From positions 78,182,001-78,246,000 of the forward strand of contig NC_043003.1 in NCBI RefSeq assembly GCF_006345805.1: a DNA stretch of 64,000 bases, given 5' to 3'. Below are positions 27,301-41,618 of the stretch, piece after piece. Position numbers and translations under genes: made by a program. The DNA comes from Octopus sinensis (taxonomy: Eukaryota). Numbering within the stretch: position 1 is the first letter of the stretch; every line of letters starts with the position of its first letter. Under the pieces are notes generated by a model, which did no database searches, was not told where the DNA came from, and saw only the letters and a program-made list of their open reading frames with translations.

Positions 27301-30300
27301 TGTTTTTCTTATAGTTTAGATATTATAGGAAATAGAATCAATTTGATTGATAGTTTGATTATTAGCCTGGTAATTCAGATTAAGTTTTTAAATTGTAATT
27401 TTACCTTTAAAAAATGTTGCATATTTCACTTAAATTCAATTTAAGAATTAAGATTTAAATTTCGAAGTGGTTAATATTAACAGGCTCGAAGGCGTACTGC
27501 TACACCCAAAGAATTGCTGTATTCAGTTGAATCCTCATGTTTGGATACTACATTGACACCACTTCAAGAAACATCTCAAGAGGAGACAACTTCACCTGAC
27601 AAAAGTTCCAGCTCAAGTCCCAAATCTTTAGTAAAGAGTGTTGATACATTAGAAAAGATCGGGTAAGGATATAGTCTGTTGATGCTTCATCTGTTAGAAA
27701 ATTTTGATTATATTTTTTCCTAATGATTGCCTTTATATTAATTACTAAGTGTTAAAATATCACTTGTTAGGCTATCATGTTGATATTACTGTAGTAGTAG
27801 TAGTATTGTTTAGGTATTGTGGCATTTGAGTTTTTTTTTCTCTACACCATACATCTTATGTAAAATAGTTGACCATATAGGCACAAGTGTAGATGTATGG
27901 TAAGAAACTTGCTTCCTGACCACAGGTTCAGTGTCTTTTCCTATAGCCTCAGGTCAACCATGTGGGTGGAGTACCTGAAAGTAACCGGAAATGTTCTGTG
28001 GGACAAGCCCACTGTAGTCTGGGTTTCTGCTGCTAGAAGTCACTTTATGCAATCCTCAGGCATCAGTCTGGCAACTGGTGGCAATGGGTGAGGCTGTAAT
28101 GTCATGTGGTGCATCATTATTTTGCAGTGCTTCTCTCTTCATCAATTTTTGTGATGGTTGAAACAAAGGAACAGTGTACTTTCGTGAAATTCTGTTTTCT
28201 GCTGGGGAAAACAGTGGCTAAAACAGTTGTCATGCTTCAGATGTCTTACAAGGACACTGCCTTGAGCAAAAGACAAAGTTTATGAGTGGTTTTCACACTT
28301 TAGGAATGGTCACTTGTTCCTTGAAGACTAACCTCATTCAGAGCAACCATTGAACTCCTGAACGAATGAAAACATCGTGAAAATTCAATGAACTGATCTT
28401 GGAGGACCATCACTGAACAACTGAAGTTGTTGATATGATTGGCGCTTTCTGGGGCTCCTACCAATGAATTTTGAGTGAGGAATTGCAAATGAAAGGAGTT
28501 GCAGCAAAATTTGTGCCTTGCTTGTTCATGGAACATCAAAAGTAGTCATGACTGAATGCATGCTGTGAACTGAAAGAACAGTTATAAATTGATCCAGACC
28601 TTTTTTGAAGGTCATCACTGGGGACGAAAGCAAGTGCTACAGAATTTGCAGATATAGAAGAGGTAAAGGAAAAACAACAGAGTTGTTAAAAGGCATCACT
28701 TCACAAGAGTTCCAGCACCATTTCAAATAGTTGGAAATGCGTCAAATGGAGAATACTTTGAAAGCAATAAAAGTGTAAACATGTGAAACTAAGTGAATAA
28801 AATATTGCAAAATTCCAGTTTCTTTTGGGTACCCCTTGTAATGTGTGTGTGTGTGTCTGTGTTTGGCAACTGGTGGTTTGGCAAAGAGGCCACTAGAATA
28901 AAGAATCAAGCAAAAAAATAAGTACTGGAGTCATTTCATTCATCTAAAAATAAAAAATTCAGGGTGGTTCCCCAGCATGTCCACTGTCTAATGACTGAAA
29001 CAAGTAAAAGAGATAAAAGGGGTAATATAACTTTCTATAATTATACAATTAAATCCTTCAACATCCTGTTACTCTTGCTAGCCACCTATTTTTACTTTTC
29101 ATACAGAGCCTGCATTTTACATCCAGTACATTGTACCTTATTTGTTTTCTTTCCAACCTCCACATTACTTCTCATATTCACTCTTCATGTCTCACTACCA
29201 TGCAATATCACACTCTATACAATATCACACTCTATACAAATGTTTCCTTCACACAGTCTACCTTTTGTAGTGGAGGAGAAGTACTTTATCAACAGAAGTA
29301 ACCTGATATAGACAGTTTAAATGAATTATTTCTAAGAAGTCCTTGTATAACTCTTAATTGTTAACATCTGAAACAACAATTTGGTTAACTGTATTAATCT
29401 TCTTATTTAAAAATGATGAAATTTATAAAGATCTGACTTTTTGTATGATTTGACAAAGCTTTTCCTGTTACATATCAACCTGATATAGACAGTTTAAATA
29501 GATATTACTCTTCATGAAGGCTTTGTTTTGTCATTTTCAGTGCTAAATGGTATATATATATATATATTCTTTACTCTTTTACTGGTTTCAGTCAGTTGAC
29601 TGTGGCCATGCTGGAGCACCGCCTTTAGTCGAGCAACTCGACCCCGAGACTTATTCTTTGTAAGCCCAGTACTTATTCTATCAGTCTCTTTTGCCGAACC
29701 GCTAAGTGACGGGGACATAAACACACCAGCATCGGTTGTCAAGCAATGCTGGGGGACAAACACAAACATACACACACACACATATATATATATAATAAAA
29801 TATTAGGGAATAAATCCAAACTTACAGGGAAAAATCAGATTTAGGATTAAATCCAATTTTATAGTATAAATATATTATATTATATTAAATTAGAGATAAA
29901 ACCACTATTAGGCAAATCAAACAGTGAAAAACATAAGCCAATACATAAAATTAATTTAATTTATATTATTTTAAATATATATCAAAAGTATTAAAAGTTT
30001 AATAAAAGATATATATATATATATATATATATACGACACACATATATACGACGGGCTTCTTTCAGTTCCCGTCTACCAAATCCACTCACAAGGCTTTGGT
30101 CAGCCCGAGGCTATAGTAGAAGACACTTGCCCAAGGTGCCACGCAGTGGGACTGAACCCCGAACCATGTGGTTGGTAAGCAAGCTACTTACCACACAGCC
30201 ACTCCTATATATATCATCATCATGCACAGATGTGGCTATGGTAAGAAGTTTGCTTTCAAACCAAATAATTCTGGGTTCAGTCCCATTGTGTGGAACCTTG

Positions 30301-31188
30301 GGCGAATGTCTTCTGCTATAGTCCTCAGCTGACCCAAGCTTTGTGAGTGGATGGGTGAAAACTGAAAAAAACCCATCGTGTGTGTGATGGTTTGTGTCTC
30401 CTTGTCTTGACATTGCATGAAAGTTGTAAATGAGTATCACTGTCATACATGTATTACCATTCATTTGCAATATTCAGCATGAAAATGTCTAACCACGGGG
30501 GAAATATTTCTTTGCTTGGAATCAGGTTGGTGACAGGCAGGGCATCCATCTGTAGAAATTCTGCCTCAAATAAGACTCATTTGACCCCTGCAAGCATGGA
30601 AAAGTGACTGTTAGATGATGAGGATTTCTTAATTAAATTGTACATTTTATTAAATTTCTCTTCTTGTAAGAAATAAATTCCACTTTGAACATTATTTTCC
30701 CCACTGTCTGGACAATAGTACTGATGGAAAACTTTTCTTTCTCCAAAACTTTCTAGGTTGTCAAATGAGACGGAACTTCAACTTTCTCCGATTCCACTTC
30801 GCAGAGTTAATAGTGCTTCTGATGCAACTAGACCCAACAAATACAGGCAAGTAACATTTTTACTGTTTAGTATTTTAGTAAAAGAATTTTTCCAAAATAT
30901 CTTAAATACTGTTCAAAAAAAAAAAAGGAGAAACTTCAATTTTGTGTTATGGAACAAAACATAATTTTAGAAAATATTCAGCCCTCTAGTTTTTGATTGA
31001 GCTACTCTTTTACTTGTTTCAGTCATGTGACTGTTGCCATGCTGGACCCAACAAATACAGGCTAATCGACCCCAGGACTCATTCTTTGTAAGCCTAGTAC
31101 TTATTCTATCGGTCTCTTTTGCCGAACTGCTAAGTCACGAGGATGTAAACACACCAGCATTGCTTGTCAAGCGATGTTGGGGGGACAA

Positions 31189-31221
<33 letters not shown>

Positions 31222-34200
31222 CGACAGGCTTCTTTCATTCCCGTCTACCAAATCCACTCACAAGGCTTTGGTTGGCCCGAGGCTGTAAGTAGAAGACATT
31301 TGCCCAAGGTTCCATGCAGTGGGACTGAACCCGGAACCATGTGGTTGGTAAGCAAGCTACTTACCATGCAGCCACTCCTACGCCTATAAACCACACAGCC
31401 ACTCCTACACCTATAAGCTGCATCTGTCATCAAGAAACTCTATGAGTTTGCTACAGCAGCTGGAGTTGGCAATAACTCCAAATTGTAAGAATCAAATAAG
31501 GCTGAAAGAGCTCCAGAAGTTCCAAAGTGTTTCTCTGGCATGGGACTCCATCAGTTTAGTGATGTAACTAGGAAGACGGACAGGATGGTAGTTGACTGGT
31601 GATGGGTGATCACTCTTTTTGAACAGGGGAATGACACAGGCAATTTTCCACTGCTCTGGAATGACACAGTTATAAAGGCAGAATTGAAAGAAAAATGAAA
31701 GCTAGTGCAAAAGAAAGAGTGTCACATTTGAGAAGCAGATCAGTAATACCATCAAAACCAGGAAAGGCATAATTGTGCTTATTCTTGGGGTGGCATTGCA
31801 GTATTGCAAGCGTCTATTTCACAGATGCTATAGAATTTGATGTCTGAGGTGGTGAAGATGGTACATTTGAATTTTTCAACAGTAAAAATGCTAGCATAGC
31901 ATTCAGCAATAAGTTCTGCGCATTCTTTAGGATCATCAGTAACCCAGCCTGTGTGGGGATTGCAAAGAGAGTCAACAGGAGAGCAAGGTCTCTACTTCGA
32001 TCGTACATATTTACAGAACATTTTGCCATCAGGGTTAGTTGCTGTACATTGTTCAAATTCAAGCATTGCCTTTTTTTCCACTTGCTAGAGATGATTAGAT
32101 GATCTGTTGCACCGTCTGTTCTCTTTCTATCCACCTGGCTATACTGCATCTACTTGAGCTGTGGCCACATTTCCTTTGCATGAGCCTCACAAGATCACAC
32201 AAAATGCAAGGAATTTTAAATGTTACATTTTCTAGCCAACTTCTGGAAAATTTGTAATATTTAGTACTTAGATATATATTACATAAAAATGATACTTTGG
32301 GTTTATGTAAGGGCTGATATTTATATTGTCTTTCTGAAAAACCTTTGTAGTATAAATTGGACTGTTGCAACTGGAAGTGGAAACTGACTAGAAGCTGACT
32401 TTTCCATTAGCATTTAAAAAAGAATTAAGCCATAATCTTGAAAGAAATATTCATTAGTATCCTCATCAAATCATTTTTTCTTCAATTGTATAGTGAACCT
32501 GTAAGTCCCCTCAGATCACCTCAAGCTCCTCGGAAAAGATCTAATGATGTCTTTAAACGGTTAACTTCCAAAAGTGTGATCTCATCACCTGAGTCAAACA
32601 GGTAAGTGATTGAACTATAATAATATGCTTTAATTTTCAACTCCATTGATTTAACTAAATATTAAGACATCTAGCCGAAATGGCAAAGTGATAAATGATA
32701 TACATTTAAAATTTATGCTGTGTGAAACATTCTAAAGTCAAATGTCACGAGTATTATCCTTCGGGTAGTTTACAAAATAACTACCAGCTTTATATAGTGT
32801 ATAATTCTTTTGACCCTCCTCCATAAAATATTGCCTTAGGCAGTCAAAAGAAAAATGTTTATTTTCAATTAATTAAAATATTTATAATCACATTGTCTAT
32901 TCATAATTTGTCAGTTGTTTATTTTTCTAGTTTTAAAAAGTGTATTTTTCTTTCCAAAACTCAGGGGTACTATTACACAGTTGAGCCGGATTAATTCTGG
33001 AGGTAGATCTTCACCGATATTTTGTTCCCATATTGTGGAAGGTCATGCCAAACCAGTTCTGTCTGTATATGCTACAGAAGATTTATTATTCACAGGCAGT
33101 AAAGGTATAAAAAGATTTAGTGTTTCTTATTTTTCTCATTTTTAATCTCTAGTTTGTCTTGTTACATGATTGTAACAATTTCAGTCAAAATGTTCTTCAG
33201 TTCCTTTTATTTTATTTCCAATTGAAGACTTACTTTCCACTAATTACTTTCAATATCCCATAAAAAATATTTATCACCTTTTTTAAGATTTATGATGGAA
33301 TCATTTTATAAAGGAATATCTATATTGTTAGTAAATATCATTTCACATTCAATTACTTAAGATGTATTTTAAATAAGTTTGTTGTCCAATGCAGTCATTA
33401 GATCATGTAATCTTTTTATTAGTCAATTGTAAGTTATTTTATACTAATGCACCATAAACAGCTTGAAGATTTGTAGAATTGGTAGAGCAATGTACACTAT
33501 ACTTTTGTGAGTTTAAACCTTGTCAAGGTCAACTTTGCCTTTCGTCCTTCTGGAGTCTTTGAAATAATTAACAGTTAAATACTATGACTGACTATTTCTT
33601 CCTCTAAAAATATGTAGCCTTCTGCCTCAGAAACCAGTACTGCTTACATTGTGAAATGCATTAATAAACAAACCCCTTGAATTAAAAGTTCAAGTATTTT
33701 GAAAATATTTAAGAAAATATTATGAAGTTAACCATTTTCTGAGACTATTAAGTAGATTATATAAATCTTTTCAAATTGATAAAATAACTGAGTTTTAGAT
33801 TATTCAAGGGATATGAAAAGTTTTGTGGTACATTAAAGTTGACAAAATAAAGATGTGAAATGTGAAAACAATATGTTTTTGTAAGTTGTGTAAAAACTCT
33901 TATGGGTATTGTGAAATTATGATGTATTAAATGCAATCTATTTTTTAAGAAAATATATAGTATGTAAACATATGAACTCCCAAATATGGATGTATTTCAT
34001 CACTAGCATAAATTTGTGCGCACAAACTGTTAAATATTATAGACAAACCACTGCATAGAATTGATCAGATATTGAATATTTCGAAAGCCTAGTTTTTGTT
34101 TCAGTTTTTTTACAAACTAGAATAATTACCAATGTTTGGGAGAATGCAGTGATATAACATTTTTACTTGTCTCTCACTTTTGAAAAGACTATTAGTAAAG

Positions 34201-37200
34201 CGGTAAAGCTGTCATACTTGATGTAGTGAATCAACAAATTTTAATTAAATATGGAATGCTGTAGGAAATTACTACTAACAGGATTATTCTGTCATTACAA
34301 TTAGTTCCATCACCTAGCTAAAGCGAAGTTTGGTCAAAAAGCTTTTTATAGATTTGTTATTCATTTCATTCCTGTTGGCATGTACTTAATCTGATTTTCC
34401 TATCTTGTGACCATTTTATTTTTTTAATGCTTAAGCTATGTGTTTTCAGTAATAGCTGTATTTATTTCCACATGTCTAGATCGTACTGCCAAAGTCTGGG
34501 ATCTCAACACTGGCCATGAGCTACAAGTCTTTCCTGACCATCCTAACAATGTAGTGGCACTAAAGTACGATGAACCATCCCATAGGCTCTACACAGTCTC
34601 ACTTTCAGAAGTGAAAGTCTGGGATATTCGAGATGTCTCAAAACCTAACTGTGTTATAGCCTTTAAGTAAGTTGCGTGTGATTTGTTTTGCTTTCTTTAA
34701 TTCCTTGTGGTTTAATATGTGTAACCAAATCTGTATTCAGTTTGCTGTATTTATGCTTGGGCAATGCAATAAAACTTGTATTTCATCTGAAACTCTGTGT
34801 GTGTGTGTACACACATACACCTATACATACATACATATAATCTAAATAATTAGACAAAGAAACACTACTCTTTGCTACACCTATACAATGGTTTCACCAT
34901 CATGAAACCAGGATTTTCTACACCTGAAGAATTTTGCTATTAGTCTGGAATTTGACAGTGTTGATAATTGAGAACTTGGGTTGAGTACTTTTGTGGAAGT
35001 ATTCTACCTTTATACCCTACCAGGATCATATATATATATATATATATATTAATGAATATGAATCAAGGATTAAATTTATTTCCATTTATTTTATGACTTG
35101 GTTTGCAGAAGGGTAGCAGCTATAATGTTTTGTGGGAGTAGAGGGCTCCTATGACTGGAGGACAAGAGAGAAAAAGTATCTAATAATTATAAGCAGTTTC
35201 TATAGTTATTCAGTAAAATAAAAGCAGTTAGAAATATTGCTTCTATATGTTAGAGGATTATTTGAAATGTATGTTCATTTTGTAAACGCCAAATTTACAA
35301 TTACTTTAATTTTATCAAAGGTGTTATTAGCAATGTAAGTTTCTATTTTAAATGTTTGTATTTCTCATTTTCAGTTCCTCAGGTTTTGCATCTGCACCAA
35401 TATCATATCAAACACGCCAGAGTGAAGTCAGTCGTCATGAAAATTTAATAAATGCCATTTCACTGAGTGATGATGGCCAGACACTGTTTACAGCTGTTGG
35501 AAACCTAGTTCGCATGTGGGATCTTCGAAAGTAAGTTGGTTAATGCCTTACCTTAAATATATACCTAATTAATGCTCTTCATGCAATTGGAATGTCTGTT
35601 ATAGCTTATTGTGTTAACATGAATCATGATTATTTAAAATATTTGCTTAAAATAAATAGCAATCTTGCGCATATGTCAAGATTGCTAAGTCAAAGATGGA
35701 GTGCCATCTTTTGTTTGGCTTAGAAGCAAAGCATAAAATCAAGAGATCTTTAATAAGGACACTACAGCTATCGGGGAAAGTGGCTATACTTGATACATGG
35801 ATATGAAGGTAGGAATGCCATATGATTTACCCAGTGTAAACTGGGTCCACAAGAGTGGATTATAGGCAAACTGACGAAAGATGGATTTTATAGTTAGCCA
35901 TAAAATCACCCCTAAAATAAATTCATTCAAATACTCAGTGTTCCCTAAAAGTAGTTGGTAGCTTTTGTTACCTAAGTTACCTATTTAGCAGCGTAGGTGT
36001 GTTCTGAAAAAGGTAGTAGCCAGAGAAAGATCAGAATGAAAAAGTTCAGGGAGCTATCTCATCTGCCAGCACTGAAAGAGATTCTCTCTTTGAGTAAAGG
36101 GTAAATTTTATGATGCGTCTGTATAAAGTGTGATGTTGCATGGTAGCAAAACATGGGCATTGAGGATGTGAAAAGGGTGGGAGAAATTAAGACGAACATG
36201 TATGTGTAATGTTAGTACATGTGGTCGATAGAAATAAAAACTGGGTATGAGAGGAATCAGATGTAGAGTGCAAAAGAAAAGACTGAGCAAGTATTGGCAT
36301 GTGGTACACATAGAGGATAACAGTTGGATACAAAAGTGCCAAGAGATATTGGTGCAAGGAGCCTAGTAGATCTCACAGGACTGATCGTGCTGAAGGAAAT
36401 GACAAAGTAGAGTGATAGATGGTGAGGTACTCTTTTGGCACTCACTCATCCAATCCTTGCAAACTTGGAAAAAGAGACATAAAATGAAGCTAATAGTACT
36501 GGATTTTTGTTGTACTTAATGTGTATCTCATGTGAGATATTTTATTTTTAAGACAGATTTATTTTTAATGTAGCAGTGTTTCATGTATCCTCACAAAAGG
36601 TTGTTTTTCATTCATTTTAAAGCTTTAGCTGCATTAACAAGCTGACCGGTCATCAAGCTCAGGTGATGGTTCTTGCCTCAACAAGTAATGCTGAGAGTCA
36701 ACTTGTGGTCAGTGGTTCAAAAGACCACTACATCAAGGTAAATTATTTTGCATCTAAATTATTTAGCAATTCATTTTCTAGATACATTTATCTCATTCTT
36801 TCTCTTTTGTACTTTAAAAAATTGCTTATTGAAATATTAACAAAAGATGTTTATTTTTATAAAATATTGTAATATTTTTAATTATCTTTTTTTTTATAAT
36901 TACAGATATTTGAAGTGAACTCCATGACTTCAAATGTTGCCAGTCCAACATACAATCTTGAACCACCACATTTTGATGGTGTCCAGTCATTAGTGATACA
37001 AGATCAAATACTGTTTAGTGGGTCAAGAGACCGTTGCATTAAGAAATGGAACCTTAAAGACAAAAGGACCATCCAGGTATATTATATAATATATACATAT
37101 CTGTGTAATGTCTTCTGTTTTGATGACAATTTCTAGTGGATTTGGCAGAAATGTTGCAGTACTGCAGTATTTAATTATATAATTCAGAGATTTGAGTTTA

Positions 37201-40200
37201 AATCTTGCTAAGAGCAGCTTGATCATAGGTCCATTAAAATAAGTGCTTGCAGTATACTACAATTGATAAGCTAATAATTAGTAGTGAGTAGATTCAATCA
37301 AATATTCTCACCGTTCCACAATAATTGACTGAACCTATTTTACTGATGCTTGTTACAGTTGATATAGAGTTGGGTATTCCACACTTTGATTTTACTGAAG
37401 ACATTTTGTTTGGCAAGGCAACAAACTAGCATAATTGCTAGAACAATTTGATGAACGCATCTTGCTGTATTTCTTCCATCTCTCTGCACACTCTGTTGAA
37501 ATCTCATCAGGACTAACTTTTCATCTTTTCAGGATCATTGAGAAATTACTAATCCAGAGCTGTGGATTATGGAATTAGTGTTATTGGCTCTTTGCATTTT
37601 AACAGCAACTTCGGCAACAACGAATCCAAATAATGGTCTTTTCTTTGAACAACGTCAGTGTTGTGAAGAAGGGAGACTTCCATGTGAGGACAAGTGTTAG
37701 CTTTCCATCTTGCCTAGGACTGTGCATGCTGATGAAGATAAATGGTCAACTCGAACCAATGGAGATCCCTATATATTTTGTCTGTGAGTTTTGAGAACAT
37801 CCAGTCAACCATTTATCTTAATGCAAAGGGTGGTACAGGTTCTGCAAGATATTTTATCCAGTGCTCTGACAATTATGCTAATTTGCTGCTTTGTTGGACA
37901 AAATGTCTTCAGTGAAATCAAGGTGGCAGGATATCCATGTACCCCTACTCCATACCAACAACAAAAGGCAACAGTAAAATAAGCATATGTAGATAATAGG
38001 TTCAGATCTGAAACAAGGCACCTAACTCTGTTTCGGTTTATTTTTGATAAAGCAAAACTTAAAACCACTCCTGCTTTCTGTTTGAGTAGTTTGTGGTTGA
38101 ATATTCCAATAAATATATCATTCCACTATTTTAGGCATGGTGAAATAAATATAAATCTATATAAATATCTGTTTCAGAATCAATTTAATTTTTATTTTAA
38201 ACTCTTTCAATATATGTGGTTTGAAATAAGATATGTTGAGCAGACTGAATTATTGTATTAATAAAGTTGGTGATCCTGTGTCTTGTAAGTCATTTGTGAG
38301 AGGGACAACAATGGATGCATCTCCTGAATGAAGTATATGCCAGAAAAAAAAACCTCTTTGCCAAAGCATACCTACAGCTAAAGTTGAACTCACAATTGCA
38401 AGAGTATGTACCTCTTGTCAATTTAACATTGCTACTATTTTTTTTTCAATTGTGAATTGTATTTATTCTGTGGTAACTATTAACTGCTAGTTTGACTGAG
38501 CCATTTCAGTTATGTATCTTGGCTACAGTATAACTCACAGTGAATTCTTGAACTGCCTGCATATGGCAGTTGTCAATATCTTTTGATGAAGAATGTTAAA
38601 AAACTGGTACTCTTCAAATGAAGTCCTTCACACTGAGTTACAAGTACTCTTTTGTCATTTTTGTAATCTAAAATGCAACAAACCAGTGATTGTCAGGGAA
38701 GATTAATTTAGAAAGAAGAAACAGTGATTTGAAATATTTAATATTTTATTTTTCTTTCAGTCCCTCTATTGCGCTCATAAAGACTGGATCAATGGCTTAG
38801 CAGTTATGCCTGAGCATCAGATCTTGCTTAGTGGTTGTCGAAGTGGTTACCTAAAACTATGGCAAACTGAAGGAAATTGCTCTGCAATTGGTGAAATCAA
38901 AGCCCACAACTTTCCAATTACTGCCCTTACCACAAATAAATCAGCAATATTCACAGCTTCAAAGTAAGTATCTTCTGGCACAAAAAGACATACTTGTAAA
39001 TAATCAGCCTTTAAATTTCAGAGGTGTTTAACCCTTTAGCATTTAAACCAGTTATATTCGGCTCAAATATTTTACTTGTTTTCTTTTCAAACTGGCTAGA
39101 TTTGGCTTCTCACACTTACTCGACAATGACATACTAAAAATGTACAATCACACCATCAAAATTTCAAAGCCATGAGATAAAGTATGATTAATTCAAAATA
39201 ATGTAATTAAATAAGCATTGCATTTGGCAGAATAATTTGAATGCTAAAGGGTTACATTTTTCAGCTGAAAGAATTATTATTCTCAAACTATTTTGAGATT
39301 TGAAAAAAAAAAATGTTTTCAATGTTTTTCCTAGATTCATTCAGTTTTCCAAATTATGATATAAGCTAATGCTTACAATGAAAACAAATTTACAAGTTGG
39401 ATGGAGTTGGCACATTTAAAATGTTACTTAACGAAGCAACAAAAATGAGAATTGTCCAGGGGCAACTCTTTAAATTGCATTTAACCAGCATTTTTACAAA
39501 AATCATGTTTATGAACACCATATCTGACTCACAACAATCTCTGTCTCAAAAGTGAAACTCAAGTTCTATGTCTTTCAATAAAACTTTGATAATCCACACT
39601 TAAGTACCAAGTCCTGCTTCATGTCATTATTCCCTTTAGTTCTTTAGATTTCCTCTTTGAGTATCTATCCCAACTAACAAAAATCTTTTACTATATTTGA
39701 ACTTGAGATTGTTAAATGTCTTTTACCTACAACAAAATTAAAGGCATATCTTCAGAGAGGCCAACAATCCTTTGAAAGACCTTCACAGCTTACATTCTGT
39801 AGTTCTCTCAGACTGACAACTCCTTCTGAAAATCATTCTGCTGTTGGAGTTGGAGTCAGTTGTTACATGTAATTTATCTTTTAACTTTTGCTTTGTTCTT
39901 GATTACTTAAGGCACCTCTAAGCTTATCTCAATCTAGCATTGGACATTCCTTGTGGTGAAGGTGTTTCTATTCAAAACAGTGCAATTTTCTCCAAGCTCT
40001 TTCACATGCTTTCTCCCTCTTTTTCTTTCCATATATACATATATATAAATGTGTGTGTAGGTGTACGAGTACATATTTGCATGTACATATGTGTATACAT
40101 ATGTATGCACACACATTTCCATGACCCATGTACATATGATGATTATACATATATATATATAAACATAAACATACATGTATGTATATGTGTGTGAGGTGAT

Positions 40201-41013
40201 TTCAAAAACTATCCAACTTTATTTTTTCCTGCCAAAACTAACTCTGGCGCCAAAATCCTTTGGGTGTAAAGTGACACCACCCATCCCGCACATGCAGGAA
40301 AATCTTTGTTCTGGTAGGCCATATTATTTACCAGCTGTTATGCCTCGAGTACAGACATGTGCACTGGTCAGATTTTTGTTTTCACAAAATGCATCGAGCA
40401 GAGATATTGCATCAAATTTTGCCAAAAGCTTGGGATACTCAAAGCATCCAGAATATTCAGTAAGCTTTTGGTGATGATGCCATTTGCAAAACTCAAATCA
40501 AAGAGTAGTACAACTGCTTCAAACCTGACTGCACCTCAGTGGAGAGTGTGGCATGCTCAGGCAGACCATTCACAAGCCAAAACAAAGAGCTGATTAAGGT
40601 TTGGCAAATAGTCATGAAAGACCATCATGTAACAATTCAGGAAATTGCTCATGAAGTGAGAATAAGCACAGGATCAGTGCATGCAGAAAGTGTCAGTGAA
40701 ATTTGTCTCCAAGGTGCAAGCCATGCCCCTGACTAGATGAAAACCATCATCATTGGTGATGACACATGGGCTTATGTTCTCTGTTCAATGTGTTTGCCCA
40801 TCTTGCATGAAAATGAAAATCCAACTAGCACACACTACATGCCTGTGTTCTAGGCATAGCAGCAGGGAACTGATGTGGCCCACTGGCACAGAAACTTTTG
40901 CATGTGCACAAAAGCTACTCAAAAGCTTCTTCCCCACATACCATTAGTTTTGGCAGGAAAAATTGGTCAGATACTTTTTGAATGCACCTCATATATATGT
41001 ATATGAGTATATA

Positions 41014-41050
<37 letters not shown>

Positions 41051-41089
41051 CTATGTATGTATGTATGTGTGTGTGTGTGTGTGTGTGTG

Positions 41090-41140
<51 letters not shown>

Positions 41141-41584
41141 CTACCTGTGTGTGTGTATGTACCATTATATGTACATACATGTGTGGCTGTGTGTATATCT
41201 ATGTAATGGGTATGTATATATATATATGTGTGTGTGTGTGTTTTTTTTTTTTTCCGGTGTTTACAAATAACACAAAAAATAAACAGTTACCAGGGTAGCA
41301 AAAATTCACACAAGTAACAAGGATGTAACAACCTATTTATAAAGATAGAAACTCCAGATTAAGGTGAAATGTTTTGTATAATATAGATAAATAAACGGAG
41401 TTAAACGCAGGTGTTATTCAAATTATTTTTTACTTCCAACTTATGTTTCGAAGACCACATTGGTATTATTCCAGAAGGAATAAAATGGTGTAAGACAATA
41501 TTCCTTCAGGAATAATACCAAATGTTGTCTTCGAAACATATTGTTGAAAGTAAAAGAATTTGAATAACACCTGTGTTTAACTCC

Positions 41585-41618
<34 letters not shown>

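Noticed and set aside
32494-32514. Perfect GTAAGT 7 nt inside exon 32494
   Set aside because: Use would give a 7-nt frameshifting exon; it is explained by the codons for Val-Ser.
35657-35687. 11-bp inverted repeat (tagcaatcttg/caagattgcta)
   Set aside because: Short and within decayed repeat sequence; compatible with chance.
39560-39870. Possible Gypsy RT/RNase H remnant
   Set aside because: Only a vague AVGVG similarity amid many stops; cannot be supported.
40963-41298. CV/HT-repeat ORFs
   Set aside because: Translations of a (GT)n microsatellite.
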